This document shows, in pieces, positions 61,785 to 64,000 of a stretch of DNA of 64,000 bases. This DNA is from Terriglobia bacterium (GTDB lineage: Bacteria > Acidobacteriota > Terriglobia > UBA7540), in the NCBI GenBank assembly GCA_035315065.1, contig DATFYM010000002.1, positions 5,949 to 69,948 on the forward strand, in the 5' to 3' direction. Each line of letters starts with the position of its first letter. Position 1 is the first letter of the stretch. Under the pieces are notes generated by a model. That model had not been told where the DNA came from, did no database searches, and was given only the letters and a program-made list of their open reading frames with translations. A program made the position numbers and the translations under genes.

Positions 61785-64000
61785 TTAGCAAGTTAAAGTG
61801 TCCTTCCCGCTGCGACGCTGCATCATGACGTATGCCACCATCGCCAGCAGCGCCGTGCCCAGCATCAGCCAGGCGGACGGCTCCGGAGTCGGGGCTGTGC
61901 CGTTGATGTCCAGCGTTACCGAGCCGTTGCCGTAGTTATAATCCAGCGTGCAGGTGGCGCAGCCGAAGCCATTGAAGGTGTCGCTGGCGAAGACACCGGC
62001 AAGGTTTCCCGCTTCCGCTGTCAGGAACGTAAAGGTTTCTCCGGCCGACGGCGTGAAGCCGAAGTCGAAGGTAACGTTGCCATCGAGCGACCCCGCACCG
62101 AGCACGTCGAGCACGCTGAGGCTGTTCAGCGCATTGATGTCGATAGTCAGCGTCCCGCTCGGGCCCTGCGTATAGCTTCCGTTGATGACCAGCTTACCGG
62201 GGACACCCGGGGCAGACGCCGGCTCCACGCTCCCACCACTGTTGTTCACGTTTCCATTGATCCTGCCCGCGCCCAACAACGAGCCGCCCTGAAGGCTGAC
62301 GCCGCCTCCCGCGGTCAGCGTGCCGTTCACCGTGGTGCTGCCGCCGGTCTGAGTGTAGGTGCCCGGCTGCTGGACCGCCGGGAGGTTCACGGTTTCGTTC
62401 ACGCCGATGGATACCGTCCCGGTGTTGGTGAACGACCCCGCGGTGAGCGTGTCGCCGCTGCCGGAGAGAGTCACCGTACCGCCGTTAATAAACGCAACGG
62501 CCGTCATCAGGGTGCCGTTGGTGCCGCTCATCGTCACGGATGCGCCCGGATTGTTATTGAAGTTGGTGGCGACGGTGACTTGGTCGGAATCGGCCGTCAG
62601 GCTCAGCGAACCGCCGCTGTTGTTGTTGAAGTCGCCCAAGTCAGTCAGGCTGTCGCCGTTGCCGCTGAGCGTGATGGGGCCCGAGTTGTCAAAGTCAGCG
62701 GTCAAGGAGTTATTCGACCCTCCCAGATTGATCGTGCCGTTGTTGGTAAACTTTCCCGTCACCGAGATGCTGCCGTTGGTGCCGTTCATCGCCACCAGGG
62801 CGTTGGCATCGTTGGTGAAGGTTCCACCCACCGTCAGACTGTCGTGGTCCCCGTTCAGTTGTACTGCGGGAAGCAGGGTGCCCCCGACACCGCCAGCACC
62901 GTTAACGAAGTTGTCGGCGACCCTCACGCTGCCATCGGCGGCGCTAATGTTAAGAGTACCGCCGTTGTTAACGAAGTTCCCGGCGACCCTCACGCTGCCA
63001 TCAGCAGCTCTGATGTTAAGACTGAGACTACCGCCGTTGTTAACGAAATTGCCGGCGACCCTCACGCTGCCATCAGCGGCGCCGATGTTAAGAGCACCGC
63101 CGTTGTTGTTGAGATCGCCCGTGTCGATGAGCGTCTGGTTGTTGGCGAGCAGTTCGATGGCGCCCGTGTTCGTCAGGTCGGCGGTCAGCGATTCGCCCAC
63201 TCCTTCCAGCAAGATGTTGCCGCTGTTGGTCAGCGTGCCGGCGGTGGTGAAGTCGTCGCCGTTTCCGGTCATCTCAATGAGGTTTTCGTTCGAGGAATTA
63301 CCCGTGACCATCAAGCTCTGCGCAGCACTGGCGCCGTTCGTCTCCGTCACCCCACTGTTGTCGAAGTTCCCGGTCACCGTCAAGCTGGTGGGAGCGCCGC
63401 TAAGGTTGGTAAGAACCAATTCGCCCGAGTTGCTGAAGCTGCCAACTCCGGGTGTAAAGGACTCGTTGTAGCTCACGAGTTGAACGAACCCGGCGTTGGT
63501 GGTCAGCCCTGCCAGGGCGTCAACACCGCCGCCCGGGGTGACGAGGCCGCCCGGCCTGAGAGTGACGTCCACTCCGCTGTCGATGGTGCTGATGCCGTTC
63601 GCCGGTGCCGTGTACTGGAAAAGGCCGGCAACGTCGTAAGTCCCGCCGCCCGACAGCTCCCCGGTATTACTCAGGTTGCTCCACGTATCAATGGTGAAGG
63701 TGTTCCCGTTGCCGCCAATCGTAATGGTACCCCCGTTCGTGAGCGATCCCGTCACCGAGATGCTGCCGCTGGTGCCGTTCATCTTCAGCGTGCCGGTGTT
63801 CGTCAGGTTTTCGGCCACGGTCACCTTATCGGTAAACCCGCTCAGGAAGAGCAAGCCGCCGTTGTTATTGAGATCGCCCGTGACAGTCAGAGTTTCACTG
63901 TTGCCGATGAGGCCGATGCTGCCCGTGTTGTTTAGATCGGGCCGATCGTCCGTGGGCGGCGCCGCGCTCAGAGAGTCTCCGGGACCGCTGAGGGTGATGG
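61785..64000 (-). CDS. PEP-CTERM-anchored repetitive beta-helix/adhesin-like protein (5' end outside window)
   Basis: C-terminus PTPEPSAWLMLGTALLAMVAYVMMQRR. Gly/Asn/Thr-rich repeats (GNFVNNGG, LTNTG). Reading frame stays open from 63855 to nt 64000. Confidence 0.8.
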   Translation of the reverse strand, partial: ITLSGPGDSLSAAPPTDDRPDLNNTGSIGLIGNSETLTVTGDLNNNGGLLFLSGFTDKVTVAENLTNTGTLKMNGTSGSISVTGSLTNGGTITIGGNGNTFTIDTWSNLSNTGELSGGGTYDVAGLFQYTAPANGISTIDSGVDVTLRPGGLVTPGGGVDALAGLTTNAGFVQLVSYNESFTPGVGSFSNSGELVLTNLSGAPTSLTVTGNFDNSGVTETNGASAAQSLMVTGNSSNENLIEMTGNGDDFTTAGTLTNSGNILLEGVGESLTADLTNTGAIELLANNQTLIDTGDLNNNGGALNIGAADGSVRVAGNFVNNGGSLSLNIRAADGSVRVAGNFVNNGGTLNISAADGSVRVADNFVNGAGGVGGTLLPAVQLNGDHDSLTVGGTFTNDANALVAMNGTNGSISVTGKFTNNGTINLGGSNNSLTADFDNSGPITLSGNGDSLTDLGDFNNNSGGSLSLTADSDQVTVATNFNNNPGASVTMSGTNGTLMTAVAFINGGTVTLSGSGDTLTAGSFTNTGTVSIGVNETVNLPAVQQPGTYTQTGGSTTVNGTLTAGGGVSLQGGSLLGAGRINGNVNNSGGSVEPASAPGVPGKLVINGSYTQGPSGTLTIDINALNSLSVLDVLGAGSLDGNVTFDFGFTPSAGETFTFLTAEAGNLAGVFASDTFNGFGCATCTLDYNYGNGSVTLDINGTAPTPEPSAWLMLGTALLAMVAYVMMQRRSGKDTLTC
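62901..63104. repeat. Three near-identical tandem units (66/72/66 nt) inside the PEP-CTERM gene
   Basis: GTTAACGAAGTT..GGCGACCCTCACGCTGCCATC..GATGTTAAGA..ACCGCCGTT x3. Encodes (A)ADGSVRVAGNFVNNGG(S/T)L(N/S) three times. Confidence 0.9.

Overview
This is a 64-kb high-GC bacterial chromosomal segment. The gene content includes PadR-linked ADOP/MacB-type orphan permeases, a PEP-CTERM protein, a fused MFS/spermidine synthase and an AmmeMemoRadiSam triad. By inference this fits an Acidobacteriota-like bacterium. About 48 protein-coding genes can be supported. The left third holds accessory and redox genes: a GH3 glucosidase, the AmmeMemoRadiSam system, an ADOP permease, a repeat-riddled 6-kb stretch with a duplicated 181-aa membrane protein, and two Tat-leader DUF362 proteins next to a NapH/NapG-like polyferredoxin. 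The middle is housekeeping: coaD, an aminotransferase, GDP-mannose genes, nusB, crotonase/hydroxyacyl-CoA dehydrogenase, lepA, trpG-like, ispDF and a PIN/TRAM protein. The right third holds an ECF sigma/anti-sigma pair, a nonsense-disrupted ADOP permease with PadR, a frameshifted vapBC, PFOR plus a DHOD-like protein, the rapZ-hpf-rpoN-lptB block preceded by a 949-aa LptC/LptA-like ORF, recJ, a methyltransferase and a PEP-CTERM beta-helix protein. No rRNA, tRNA, CRISPR array, transposase or integrase was recognised. The strongest non-genic signal is about two dozen long palindromes whose arms are tandem arrays of 6-9-nt words. They sit at gene boundaries and are sometimes translated in frame inside ORFs. 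A second signal is a co-oriented ~105-bp element family with two GGTGGCTTCGTT cores, clustered at 7.4-16.4 kb. The best candidates for undescribed biology are the apparently exported AmmeMemoRadiSam system and the Tat-DUF362/NapGH-like module. Repeat coordinates are approximate (a few nt). No database searches were run.
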